From a virus: a stretch of DNA of 58,693 nt. This document shows, piece by piece, positions 26,320-36,215 of the stretch (positions within the stretch are counted from its first letter, which is position 1; the number at the start of each line of letters is the position of its first letter). The position numbers and the translations under genes were made by a program. Where the stretch lies: IMG/VR virus record IMGVR_UViG_3300035698_012504, positions 1-58,693 of that record. The stretch is one strand, 5' to 3'. The notes under the pieces are model-generated. The model was given only the letters and a program-made list of their open reading frames with translations, had not been told where the DNA came from and made no database searches.

Positions 26320-27300
26320 ATGAAAATTTTATTCTGTACATATGAAATGTCTGATTATGGATTAGATCTATTATATGATGGATTGTGTAAATTATTAGGA
26401 CCTGATAAAATATTCGAGTATCCAGTAAAACCATATTATCATGGCACAAGAGACGGAAGGTTTGCAAGATACCCTCAGTTTTTCAAATACCCATTAAAAC
26501 ATTCAAATGCTGATATAGATCGTAAACTAAGAAGAGATTTTTTCGATGTTATATTAGTAGGGTGTAGATCAAAAAATGATTTCACATATCCCGATGCGGT
26601 TAATGTAAATCATGAATATGTAATGATCAAAGAATTAATAAAACTGAAGTCAAAAAAGATACCTACTTTCTTAGTAGATCAAGATGACTTCCCACCAATT
26701 AATAACACTCTCTTTAAAAAAGAGATACCTAATTCTCTTGCTTATTTTAAGCGAGAGTATAGAAAGGATGTACACCATCCTAATAACATACACCCCCTCC
26801 CATTTTCTTTTTCTACAGATTTTATGCCAAACAGTAGATCTAAAATAAAAAATAGGATTTTGTTCTGGGCAGGGGATATAAATACAGATCATAGACGACA
26901 ATATATTGAGAGAATGAAACAAGAACTCAAGTTAGATTACAATAAGAAGTTTCCCCCTAATGAGTTCCATTCAATTTTAAGTAAATCTAGAATGGCTTTA
27001 AATCTTTTTGGATTTGGAAACGATACTGTTAGATATTATGAGATACCAGTATATGGTGCTATGTTATTCTCTATGAAATCAAACAACTTAATTCAACATG
27101 ATTTTATTAACAATAAATCTGCTATTCTTTTTTCGTCCCCTCAAGAAATGGTGGATAAATTTAAATTTTATAGGAAGAAGCATCTTCTTATAGAGAAGAT
27201 ATCAACTGAAGGGTTTAAACATGTTAGAAGATATCATAATAGTAAAACAAGGGCTGAACAGTTTATGAAAATAGTTAGGAATTATAATGGAAAGAAATAA
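26320..27300 (+). CDS. glycosyltransferase, GT1/CgeB-like C-terminal domain (tentative)
   Basis: LFWAGDINTDHRRQYIERM...RYYEIPVYGAMLFS matches the GT-B E-x7-E-like C-terminus. The start was moved to the ATG at 26320. Confidence 0.4.
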   Translation: MKILFCTYEMSDYGLDLLYDGLCKLLGPDKIFEYPVKPYYHGTRDGRFARYPQFFKYPLKHSNADIDRKLRRDFFDVILVGCRSKNDFTYPDAVNVNHEYVMIKELIKLKSKKIPTFLVDQDDFPPINNTLFKKEIPNSLAYFKREYRKDVHHPNNIHPLPFSFSTDFMPNSRSKIKNRILFWAGDINTDHRRQYIERMKQELKLDYNKKFPPNEFHSILSKSRMALNLFGFGNDTVRYYEIPVYGAMLFSMKSNNLIQHDFINNKSAILFSSPQEMVDKFKFYRKKHLLIEKISTEGFKHVRRYHNSKTRAEQFMKIVRNYNGKK

Positions 27301-28108
27301 AATATCAGTAGTTATACCTTGTTATAATTATGGGAGATTTATTGTTAGGTGTGTTAACTCAGTATTAATGCAGACATATAAAAATTATGAAATTATTATC
27401 GTGGATGATTACTCAGATGAGAAAACACGAACACTAATAAAACAACAAAGAGCTAAGAACAAAAAAATAATAAAAACTATTTTTAATTCTAAAAATTTAG
27501 GAACAGCTACATCTAGAAATAAAGGAATTGAACGAGCATCTGGTGATTATATTTTGCTATTAGATGCAGATGATTACCTTCTTACAAGATGCTTAGAAAA
27601 ATTAATAGTTGCTCATAAAAAGTATGAAGAAGACATAATATACTCTAAAAATATTAGATTATCTGCTACAGGTACTAGAACTGGTGTGGAGGGACAAAGC
27701 TATTCAATTGAGAGATTAAAAAATTATGAATGTGTTATGTTCGTAACATCATTATTTAAGAAAGAGCATTGGAACGAGGTCGGTAGATTTGATACATCTA
27801 TGGTAGCATGTGAAGATTGGGAATTCTGGATTAATATGGCGAAACATAGTCATTATGGTAAGTTGATAGACGATATACTATGGTGTAGAACAGATCATAA
27901 AACTTCTAAATTTGAAACAACTGATTCACATCGTATGGATGAGGTAGTAAGACAACTCAGAGAAAAACATCATCCTGGTTTTTTAAATGAGCAACGAAAT
28001 TGGAAAAAGAAAAATAGAAGAACTATAAGTACACCTATCAATAAACAACGAAGTTTATTGATCAAAAAATATGAAATAACTTCTAGAAATAAAGAAAGGG
28101 TAAAATAG
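27287..28108 (+). CDS. family-2 glycosyltransferase
   Basis: ISVVIPCYNYGRFIVRCVNSVLMQTYKNYEIIIVDDYSDEKT...LLLDADD. Confidence 0.8.
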   Translation: MERNKISVVIPCYNYGRFIVRCVNSVLMQTYKNYEIIIVDDYSDEKTRTLIKQQRAKNKKIIKTIFNSKNLGTATSRNKGIERASGDYILLLDADDYLLTRCLEKLIVAHKKYEEDIIYSKNIRLSATGTRTGVEGQSYSIERLKNYECVMFVTSLFKKEHWNEVGRFDTSMVACEDWEFWINMAKHSHYGKLIDDILWCRTDHKTSKFETTDSHRMDEVVRQLREKHHPGFLNEQRNWKKKNRRTISTPINKQRSLLIKKYEITSRNKERVK

Positions 28109-28962
28109 TGTTTGATAAAAAATATTCATCTTTGAAAAAAAGACATCTACAATTAAGAGAACATCTTGGAATAAGAACAGGAGTAGTTAAAAAAATAGAG
28201 AAAAACTCAACTAATACAGTAGGTATTATTATTCCTGCATTTAATCAATTAGCTTATTGTAAGAAATGTATTAACTCTGTGATTCACAATACTAAACAAT
28301 CATATAAATTAATTTTGGTAAATAATGGGTCTACCGATGGGATAGCACATTATTTTGATACAATAGAAGATGCAGAGGTAATACATTCATCTAAGAATCT
28401 AGGGTTTCCTGCAGGAGTTAACCTAGGTATAAAAAGACATCTTGCTCTAGGCTTAGGGCACTGTGTATTATTAAATACTGATACAGTTGTAACTCCTGGA
28501 TGGCTGAAGCGGTTAACTAGCTACTTCCCTTCTGATCCAAAGTTAGGAATGATTGGCCCTAGAACAAATTGTGCTGGATCAAAGCAACAATTACATGGTA
28601 TTGGGGAGTTAAACAAACCTAAAGAAATTAATGATTTTGGAAAACAATTAAGATTAAATCATGCTGGGCAATTAGAAGATATAAATGTTCTTATAGGATT
28701 TTGTGTAGTAATAAGAAAAAATGTATTGAGAGAAGTTGGACTACTTGATGAAAGATTTGGGTTAGGTAACTGTGATGATGACGATTATTGTAAAAGAGTA
28801 AAGATGGCAGGATATGACCTCAAAATGGCTAAGGATGTATATGTTCATCATTATGGAAGTAAAACATTTCAAGCAATGAAAGTAGATCGTGGGACTTTGA
28901 TTAAAGAAAATAGAAAGAAATTTCAAGAGAAGTGGAAAAAAGGAATGAAGAATGAAAAATAG
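28108..28962 (+). CDS. family-2 glycosyltransferase
   Basis: VGIIIPAFNQLAYCKKCINSV...LILVNNGSTDG and DDDDYCKRV. GTG start. Confidence 0.75.
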   Translation: MFDKKYSSLKKRHLQLREHLGIRTGVVKKIEKNSTNTVGIIIPAFNQLAYCKKCINSVIHNTKQSYKLILVNNGSTDGIAHYFDTIEDAEVIHSSKNLGFPAGVNLGIKRHLALGLGHCVLLNTDTVVTPGWLKRLTSYFPSDPKLGMIGPRTNCAGSKQQLHGIGELNKPKEINDFGKQLRLNHAGQLEDINVLIGFCVVIRKNVLREVGLLDERFGLGNCDDDDYCKRVKMAGYDLKMAKDVYVHHYGSKTFQAMKVDRGTLIKENRKKFQEKWKKGMKNEK

Positions 28963-29773
28963 AGCAATAGTAACTGTTACAGGAGGCGAGCCGTCATATA
29001 ATGAGTTAGCAACAATAACCCATTTTTTCATGAAACTTTATGCTAAAAAAGTTAATGCTGATTTTATTGTTTGGAATAATGTAGAGCAGCATAAATTTCC
29101 TCATTATAAAAAATTATTTATAGGGGATTTATTAGAACATTATAATCGGGTATTATATTTAGATACAGATATACTAGTTAAACTAGATTCGCCAGATATA
29201 TTTAATATAGTTCCCCCAGAAAAATTGGGGATGTATAATGAAGGTAGAGAATATAACGATCTTATCTCACAAAAAAGAATAGGGTCCTTTACGCAAGAAT
29301 ACAATAAAGTATTACTGGCGCATGGATTCCCTCCTGCAGACATTAGTAATTGGAGTGGAAAAAGTGAATTTAATACTGGGGTAATCGTTGCATCAAAAAA
29401 ACACATAACTTTATTTAGAGCACCCCTTAAAGAAATGATGGTTAAGGGTCTAAGAGATCAATCATATATTAACATGCGAGTAATATCTAGGAAGGTTCCT
29501 ATGATGGATATAGGGATCGATTTTAATTGTAAGTTCAATCATAAGAAGCCTGCTGAAAAGGCACACTTTATACATTTTATACATGTTATTGGGTATAAAG
29601 CAAGACAAGAAGAATTAGAGAAATTTGTTAAGGTCCAATATGGGGAAAAAAGGGTCCGCGAAATATACTGTGGAAAAATCGGTCAACCCCTAAAGGAAAT
29701 CGCTCCACCAAAAGAAGAAGAAGAGAAAAATATAGAAGAAGGAAATTCATCGGAAGAAAAAGATAATGAATAA
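28952..29773 (+). CDS. nucleotide-diphospho-sugar transferase, GT8-like (tentative)
   Basis: YLDTDILV matches the GT8 DxD motif (LgtC-like). Confidence 0.4.
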   Translation: MKNRAIVTVTGGEPSYNELATITHFFMKLYAKKVNADFIVWNNVEQHKFPHYKKLFIGDLLEHYNRVLYLDTDILVKLDSPDIFNIVPPEKLGMYNEGREYNDLISQKRIGSFTQEYNKVLLAHGFPPADISNWSGKSEFNTGVIVASKKHITLFRAPLKEMMVKGLRDQSYINMRVISRKVPMMDIGIDFNCKFNHKKPAEKAHFIHFIHVIGYKARQEELEKFVKVQYGEKRVREIYCGKIGQPLKEIAPPKEEEEKNIEEGNSSEEKDNE

Positions 29774-30293
29774 ACTTTTTTGTATTGGGCTCTCTAGAAC
29801 AGGAACAACCAGTATTCATAAAGCTTTAAATATATTAGGAATAAATAGCTTTCATTTTCCTACTAACAATAGGCAAATAAAATCTCATAAAGCATTATCA
29901 GATATTACAATTTCATATAGATTTGAACAGTTAGATAAAAAATATCCAAATTCTAAGTTTATATTTACGACAAGGGATATAGAAGGTTGGTTAAAATCAT
30001 GTAAATATCACTTCGAAGTAAGATCAAGTATGTCTAATATAAAATCTGGAAAATGGAAAAAAATATTATCAAAAGCAAGGAAGGATATGTATGGGATAGA
30101 TTTTTATAATGAAAAAGTTTGGAGAGATGTATGTATCAGGCATACTGATTATGTTAAAGAATATTTTAAAAATAGAGGCGATGATTTATTAATTATAGAT
30201 ATATGCTCTGGTGAAGGATGGAAAAAAATCTGCCCATTTTTGAATTGTAGCATACCAAATAAGGAGTTTCCGCATGCCTTCAGAACAAAATAA
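29766..30293 (+). CDS. sulfotransferase-family protein (Stf0-like)
   Basis: GLSRTGTTSI matches the 5'-PSB loop and FIFTTRDIEGWLKS matches the 3'-PB motif. Paralog of the ORF at 33584. Confidence 0.55.
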   Translation: MNKLFCIGLSRTGTTSIHKALNILGINSFHFPTNNRQIKSHKALSDITISYRFEQLDKKYPNSKFIFTTRDIEGWLKSCKYHFEVRSSMSNIKSGKWKKILSKARKDMYGIDFYNEKVWRDVCIRHTDYVKEYFKNRGDDLLIIDICSGEGWKKICPFLNCSIPNKEFPHAFRTK

Positions 30294-31056
30294 GAATTTT
30301 GCTATAATCTTTCCCGGAAGGACAGGATGCACGTTTACTATGCACTCTATAAATAAAAATAAAAATGTATCTATTCTATTAGAACCATTGCCAAATAATG
30401 CTAGAGAAATAATAGAGCAATATAATAAGGAATCAAATACTGATTACAAGTTGATAAACATTAAGCGTGCTGTGGAGAGCAACACCGTACCATATGGTAT
30501 GTCTCTTCTTATGAAACTAATAGCCAAGAGTCAAGAAAATATACTGAGAGATTTCTACTCTAGAAAAAGACCCACGACCGAAGTATGTGGAACAAACATT
30601 CAACTAGCAGATGTAATGGACCATGATAAATTTATAAAAATGATGCAAGAATATAATGTACAAATTATAGTATATACTCGTCAAAATATTATTAAACATT
30701 ATGTATCGTGGAGAAATCTTAGAATAAGAATAAAACACGGAAACAAACAAGTTGAACCATATACTGTGGATATAGATCACTTAAAATTATACTTAGCTAA
30801 AGAAAACGTTAATGATAAACATGTTAACTTTGTTAAAAAAATAGGTAACCCGTATATGGTTACTAGTTACGAAGAATTTTTAGAGAACAAGAAAAGAAAT
30901 ATACGAAATATATGTAATTTTGTAGGATTTAAACACTGTGGCGAACTATCTAAAATGACAAAGAAAACTAATGATGATTTAAAAAAATCAATTAAAAATT
31001 ACGAAGAAGTTGCACAAGTATTAAAAAATACTAAATTTGAATGGATGCTAAAATAG
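30274..31056 (+). CDS. sulfotransferase-family protein (Stf0-like)
   Basis: FPGRTGCT (P-loop-like) and IVYTRQNIIKHYVSW (R..N....YVS, 3'-PB-like). Confidence 0.5.
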   Translation: MPSEQNKNFAIIFPGRTGCTFTMHSINKNKNVSILLEPLPNNAREIIEQYNKESNTDYKLINIKRAVESNTVPYGMSLLMKLIAKSQENILRDFYSRKRPTTEVCGTNIQLADVMDHDKFIKMMQEYNVQIIVYTRQNIIKHYVSWRNLRIRIKHGNKQVEPYTVDIDHLKLYLAKENVNDKHVNFVKKIGNPYMVTSYEEFLENKKRNIRNICNFVGFKHCGELSKMTKKTNDDLKKSIKNYEEVAQVLKNTKFEWMLK

Positions 31057-31082
31057 AAAGGCTAGGGATAGAGAAATATTAA

Positions 31083-31970
31083 ATGAATATAGAAAAACAT
31101 TTGAGTGAACATACAAAAATAATGTTTGGACCATTCTTTGGAGAGTTTGGATGGGAAGTACTAAAATGGGCACCATTTATAAAATGGTATCGTAATAAGT
31201 ACCAATCTAAAAAAATAGCAGTTTCCACTAGAGGAGACCGATTTGACTTATATTATAATTCAGCTGATTTTATCCACACATTCAAGATAAAAGGAGACTA
31301 TAAACGATTCAAACCCACTGGAGTCGAATGTAATTTACCAGGTGAGATAAGAAAAAATATTATGAATGATATAAGAAATAAATATCCAAATTGGTATATA
31401 TTTAATCCATCATGGAGTATTTCCCCAGGTAAGTCTATCAATAAACATAATTCATTATATCATTTCGAACCTAGGCCATCGAACTCTAAAAAAATATTGG
31501 ATAGACTAGATGGTAAAATTCCAATAGTTATTAGCTCAAGACATAGACTAGATAATAATCTTCGCAATTGGGGAAGGAAGCGTTGGATAAATCTTTTTAG
31601 ATTAATCGAAAAAGAAGACAAGTATGTAGTTTTTGTGGCCGGTAAATCTCCATCATACATCAAATCTTCAAATAATAATTTTTACAACCTAGAAAGTCTT
31701 GTGGATGAACAAACATCAGAGGTAGGATTATCTATAGCAGCAATCAACGCATCTCGACTTGTAGTGTCCTCCCAATCAGGAATAGTATTATTGACAAATA
31801 TATTAAAGACCCCTATTATATTTTGGGGGGATCAAATAAGGAGACATAGTTGTAAGGATAATCCTCTAAATAATAATGTAATTGGAATAGAAGATCTAAA
31901 CTATAATATTCGTCCGAAGGTAATATTAGAAGAGATCTCTAAGTTTTTTAAGGAGTTAACACATGAATAA
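31083..31970 (+). CDS. glycosyltransferase family 9-like (heptosyltransferase fold)
   Basis: IVISSRH...KRW...VVFVAGKS and EVGLSIAAINASRLVVSSQSGIVLLTNILKTPIIFWG match the GT9 C-terminal signature. Confidence 0.5.
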   Translation: MNIEKHLSEHTKIMFGPFFGEFGWEVLKWAPFIKWYRNKYQSKKIAVSTRGDRFDLYYNSADFIHTFKIKGDYKRFKPTGVECNLPGEIRKNIMNDIRNKYPNWYIFNPSWSISPGKSINKHNSLYHFEPRPSNSKKILDRLDGKIPIVISSRHRLDNNLRNWGRKRWINLFRLIEKEDKYVVFVAGKSPSYIKSSNNNFYNLESLVDEQTSEVGLSIAAINASRLVVSSQSGIVLLTNILKTPIIFWGDQIRRHSCKDNPLNNNVIGIEDLNYNIRPKVILEEISKFFKELTHE

Positions 31971-32628
31971 TTTTTCAGTAGTTTCTGTGCCAAGAAGTGG
32001 TTCCCATTTCTTGGCAAAAATGTTAAATAAAAGTCCAAGTTGGACAGTTATCCCAGAGCACGACGATGACTTCGGAAGAGAGATCGGAAAGGGATTTTCT
32101 AAAAAAGAGAAATGGCTTAGAAGGATAAATAAAAGGCTTCAACAAGACTTTTATGGGGAAGTGTCTCCACAACATATATTTCATCTTGATGAAATTAATG
32201 CAAATAAAAAAGTATGTTTGTACCGACACCCATATGATTTTATGCTGTCTACTTTCAATAGAAAAAACCAATATATTACTCAGTTCCCAATGGCATATGG
32301 CCTCTGGTATATCCCATTCTATTTTACAATAGATAGATATATTAGAGAAGGTATATACTCTATGAAATTTGAGAAGATGATTAATAATAAAAAAGTTATA
32401 TTAAATTTGTGTGATTATTTAGGAATAAATGATATCGATTCAGATAAAATTAATATGAATAAAAAAATAAACAGTTCGGAGTCTCATAATCAAAAAAAAC
32501 AGTGGAAATCCTTATCAATGTTAACCCCGATTCAATTTGAAAAATTAAAAGCTATGGATTGGTTTTGTAAGAAGTATTACGGAGACACAATGCAAAAACA
32601 CCATAATAAAAGATTAGAAGTTGAGTAA
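31963..32628 (+). CDS. sulfotransferase-family protein
   Basis: VSVPRSGSHFLAKML (5'-PSB) and LYRHPYDFMLS (3'-PB RxPxDxxxS). Confidence 0.6.
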   Translation: MNNFSVVSVPRSGSHFLAKMLNKSPSWTVIPEHDDDFGREIGKGFSKKEKWLRRINKRLQQDFYGEVSPQHIFHLDEINANKKVCLYRHPYDFMLSTFNRKNQYITQFPMAYGLWYIPFYFTIDRYIREGIYSMKFEKMINNKKVILNLCDYLGINDIDSDKINMNKKINSSESHNQKKQWKSLSMLTPIQFEKLKAMDWFCKKYYGDTMQKHHNKRLEVE

Positions 32629-33085
32629 TATGTTAGATGTAAATATGAAAGATCTTGTAGAAAAAGTAAAGGATGCGTTGTATCGTACCCATTTTGTTTT
32701 TGGACCTTCTGATAAAAGATTACATATTGGTAAAAATGTAAAGGTTTGGAATACTCTTTTCAATGTAGTATCTGGGCATGTTTATATAGGAAATAATTCA
32801 TTTTTTGGACATAATTGTATGGTTCTTACTGGTAGACATAAATGGGTTGATGGTAAACGTGCAAGATTATCTGGTAAAGATGAAATTCCTAAAAAAGGAT
32901 TTGATATAAATATAGGTAAAGGGTGTTGGATTGCATCAGGCGCTATAATTTTAGGAGGGGTTAGTATTGGAGACCACTCAATTGTAGCAGCAGGTTCAGT
33001 AGTTACTAAGGATGTCCCATCCGGAATGGTTGTGGCTGGAAACCCCGCTAGAATTATAAAATCAGTAAATGAGTTGAGTGTATAA
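32621..33085 (+). CDS. hexapeptide-repeat (left-handed beta-helix) O-acetyltransferase
   Basis: IGKGCWIASGAIILGGVSIGDHSIVAAGSVVTKDVPSGMVVAGNPARII. Confidence 0.8.
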   Translation: MSNMLDVNMKDLVEKVKDALYRTHFVFGPSDKRLHIGKNVKVWNTLFNVVSGHVYIGNNSFFGHNCMVLTGRHKWVDGKRARLSGKDEIPKKGFDINIGKGCWIASGAIILGGVSIGDHSIVAAGSVVTKDVPSGMVVAGNPARIIKSVNELSV

Positions 33086-33087
33086 AT

Positions 33088-33573
33088 ATGATAAAATTAA
33101 ATGTTGGTTGCGGCACAGATATAAAGGAAGGGTATGTTAATATTGATGTTCGTAAAACTCATCCAAGTGTTAAAATAGCAGATGTATGTAAATTACCATA
33201 TAAAAATGGTACTGTAGATGAGATAGTTGCAAAAGATGTGTTTGAACATATATCGTTTCATGACACTCAGAAGCTTTTGAAACATTGGGTTTCTAAATTG
33301 AAGAAAGGGGGAAAATTATTCATTAAATGTCCTTCGATTAATATGATTGCAAAAACGATTATAAAGAACAATAATAACCTAGAAGAAATGGAGGATATGA
33401 TAAGAAGAATTTTTGGTGGTCAAAATTACCCAGAAAACACTCATTTGACAATAGGCCATCCAAAGTTAATGAGAAAATATTTGAAGGGTTTGGGCATTAA
33501 ACATAAAAACATTAAAATACAAAATGGTGGATTCGGAAACGGTACTAATATGAAAGTTTGGGTTGTAAAATAA
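33088..33573 (+). CDS. class I SAM-dependent methyltransferase
   Basis: LNVGCGTD (motif I) and GGKLFIKCP. Confidence 0.7.
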   Translation: MIKLNVGCGTDIKEGYVNIDVRKTHPSVKIADVCKLPYKNGTVDEIVAKDVFEHISFHDTQKLLKHWVSKLKKGGKLFIKCPSINMIAKTIIKNNNNLEEMEDMIRRIFGGQNYPENTHLTIGHPKLMRKYLKGLGIKHKNIKIQNGGFGNGTNMKVWVVK

Positions 33574-33583
33574 GGATATAGTT

Positions 33584-34114
33584 ATGAAAATATTTGGATT
33601 AGGGTTAGCAAAAACAGGGTCAAATAGTTTAAACAATGCTTTAAAAGTATTGGGATATTCTTCTATACATGGTCCAAAAAATTGGAAACAAATAGATGAT
33701 CATGAAGGAGTGACAGATGTCGTAATATTATTTCCATTTGAAGATATTTATAAACGATATCCACATGACAAATATATCTTAATGGTTAGGGATAATGATA
33801 AATGGATAGATTCATTAGAGTACCAATATTTTAAGAATTTGGGAGGACGTCCACAAATTCAGATAGATAGAATGATTGAATTTTATGGAACATATAACTT
33901 TAATCGAACCACATGGATAAATAGAAAGATTAAACATGAACACGATGTGAAAGAATCTTTTAAAGGTAATCCTAATTTTATAACTATGGATATATGTGGG
34001 GGAGTTGATGGATGGGACATTCTTTGTAATTTTTTAGATAAGGATGTTCCGGATATAATATTTCCTCATTCAAATAAAAGAAAAGTAAATAGGAAGAAAA
34101 AACTGACAGCATAG
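33584..34114 (+). CDS. sulfotransferase-family protein (paralog of 29766)
   Basis: GLAKTGSNSL. MDICGGVDGWDILCNFL matches IDICSGEGWKKICPFL in the 29766 protein. Confidence 0.55.
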   Translation: MKIFGLGLAKTGSNSLNNALKVLGYSSIHGPKNWKQIDDHEGVTDVVILFPFEDIYKRYPHDKYILMVRDNDKWIDSLEYQYFKNLGGRPQIQIDRMIEFYGTYNFNRTTWINRKIKHEHDVKESFKGNPNFITMDICGGVDGWDILCNFLDKDVPDIIFPHSNKRKVNRKKKLTA

Positions 34115-34128
34115 GAGTATTAGAGGAT

Positions 34129-34914
34129 ATGAAAATAAACTACTACATAATGTCAGCATTTAATGTATGGTTTGATTATTTCAATTTAGCAATTCCTACA
34201 AATGAATGGACTAAAAGAAGATTAGATATTTTTGAGAAAACTACTTTAAGGTCTATTGGAAATCAGACTAATAAGAACTTTAAATATATTGTTTTCTTTT
34301 ACAAACCTGCATGTGACGAAGATGATATAGTAAGAATAGACGGCTATAGTGATATAACTCCTATCTTTTTAGATGAACCATTTAACTCTAAGATTCATTT
34401 GAAGCCCATACTTGAGAAAGATACAAAAGATGGTGATGTTGTAGTAGTGACAAAAATTGATTCTGATGATATATTATATCCTACGTTTGTTGATGTAGTA
34501 TATGGGTTGGTTGATACTGACTTTCTGGATAGAAATAAAGCATTTTATTGTTTTCCAAAAGGGTATCGTTATAGATTGTATGATTATTCTCTTTGGAAAG
34601 AAAAATGGACAACATGTTCTATTTTTACGATTGTTGAAAGAATAATTGATGGTGAATTACAATCTGCTTTTAGAGGATATGACTATAAGCATACTGAAGT
34701 GTCTAGAATGTTTAAATCTCAAAAACTTCAAAGACCAGTTAAGGGTATTGGAGCTATGTGGTTAAAATATGATAGTGAAGTATCTATGAATGTAAGAAAT
34801 AAAGATAAAATGTTAGCCAATAAGATTAAGCATAAATTTATAAAACTAGTTGATGATGATTTAGCTAGGCGCGTGTGTGATGATTTTAATATTCCTATAG
34901 ATAGTTTAAAATAG
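34129..34914 (+). CDS. DxDD-motif protein, possible GT-A glycosyltransferase (paralog of 48960)
   Basis: NQTNKNFKYIVFF and VVVTKIDSDDILYPTFVD match NQTNQNFEWFTFF and FIFTKLDNDDALNKTFID in the 48960 protein. Confidence 0.35.
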   Translation: MKINYYIMSAFNVWFDYFNLAIPTNEWTKRRLDIFEKTTLRSIGNQTNKNFKYIVFFYKPACDEDDIVRIDGYSDITPIFLDEPFNSKIHLKPILEKDTKDGDVVVVTKIDSDDILYPTFVDVVYGLVDTDFLDRNKAFYCFPKGYRYRLYDYSLWKEKWTTCSIFTIVERIIDGELQSAFRGYDYKHTEVSRMFKSQKLQRPVKGIGAMWLKYDSEVSMNVRNKDKMLANKIKHKFIKLVDDDLARRVCDDFNIPIDSLK

Positions 34915-34924
34915 AGGATTCAAT

Positions 34925-35473
34925 ATGAAACAGAAAATGTCTGGTCGAGGTCGTAAAGATAGTAGAATTGCTTTACGAAAATATATAGAAGTGCTTCCTG
35001 GTGGAGTAATGGTGGAGGTTGGTAGTTGTAAAGGAGAGTCAACTGTACTGTTTGCAAAGAAGTTTAAGTTAGTGTTTGCAATTGACCCATGGGAAGGATT
35101 TTATCAATATGGAGATAAGAAAGATCAATTTCTAGATGCAGGAATGTTAAAAGAGGAAAGAGATTTTGATAAAGCTGTACATGGGGTTAGCAATATAGCT
35201 AAGATATGTTCTAAGAGTAATTTAGTTGTAGATAAGTTTGATGATAAATCTTTGGACTTTGTTTATATAGATGGATGCCACACCTATGAATCAGTTCGTG
35301 AAGATATATCCATTTGGCTTCCAAAAATTAAACCAACTGGTATGATTGGTGGACATGATTATAATCTTAAGGGTTGGCCTTTGGTTGTGAAAGCTATACA
35401 TGAATCTTTTGGAAAACCACCAGATATACGAATGAATGGGGCAAACTGGGCATATAGGAAGGTGGAATTATGA
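34925..35473 (+). CDS. class I SAM-dependent O-methyltransferase (TylF/CmcI-like)
   Basis: VMVEVGSCKGES and FVYIDGCHTYESV. Confidence 0.5.
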   Translation: MKQKMSGRGRKDSRIALRKYIEVLPGGVMVEVGSCKGESTVLFAKKFKLVFAIDPWEGFYQYGDKKDQFLDAGMLKEERDFDKAVHGVSNIAKICSKSNLVVDKFDDKSLDFVYIDGCHTYESVREDISIWLPKIKPTGMIGGHDYNLKGWPLVVKAIHESFGKPPDIRMNGANWAYRKVEL

Positions 35474-36213
35474 ATGAAGTAGATTTTTTAGAAGAGGTAT
35501 CCCATACATATGTATCCCCAGATGATCCACAATATGAAAAAATGGATGAATTATCTGTTGCAACATTTAAACCATTCCTAAAAAAAGATTATAATGGATT
35601 AATGCTAGGATATTTTAATGGTAGAGATACTGATAAATTGTATCCTCTTTTGAAAAGACTTGATGTGGTAGAAGGGTGTAAAGAGTTTATTGGAAGAGGA
35701 CTTGCTAAAGGATATCCTAATGTGTACTTCTTCAATTCCTTATTCGAAGACTTTGAGCTACCTGAAGACACTAAACCATATGATTGTGTATTTGCTTTAT
35801 ATGTAATGGAACATGTATTAGATGTTGATAAGTTTTTGGATATGATTAGTAGAGTAATATCTAAAGATGGATTACTTTTTATTGTTGTTCCAAATTCTAG
35901 ATCGTTATCTAGACAATTGGCAAAGCATATGGAATTAATTGATGACTTAAAAACATTGACTGAGAATGATCTCAATCATGGCCACCGACGAGTATATGAT
36001 AGAGTTGAATTGAATAGAGATTTAGAGAGAAATGGATTTGAAGTTATTTCACAAGGTGGAATAATGCTGAAGATACTTGCAGATTTTCAAATGAGTAAGA
36101 TGATTGAATTAGGCATTTTAGGTGATGCTCAGTTGGAAGGGTTGTATAAATTGGGACTTGAATATCCAGATCTATGCGGATCTTTGTTTTCCATATGTAA
36201 ACAAAAGGATTAG
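35470..36213 (+). CDS. methyltransferase-like protein (type 11/12; tentative)
   Basis: YDCVFALYVMEHVLDVDKFLDMISRVISKDGLLFIVVPN, matching post-motif II/III of class I methyltransferases. Confidence 0.4.
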   Translation: MNEVDFLEEVSHTYVSPDDPQYEKMDELSVATFKPFLKKDYNGLMLGYFNGRDTDKLYPLLKRLDVVEGCKEFIGRGLAKGYPNVYFFNSLFEDFELPEDTKPYDCVFALYVMEHVLDVDKFLDMISRVISKDGLLFIVVPNSRSLSRQLAKHMELIDDLKTLTENDLNHGHRRVYDRVELNRDLERNGFEVISQGGIMLKILADFQMSKMIELGILGDAQLEGLYKLGLEYPDLCGSLFSICKQKD

Positions 36214-36215
36214 TT

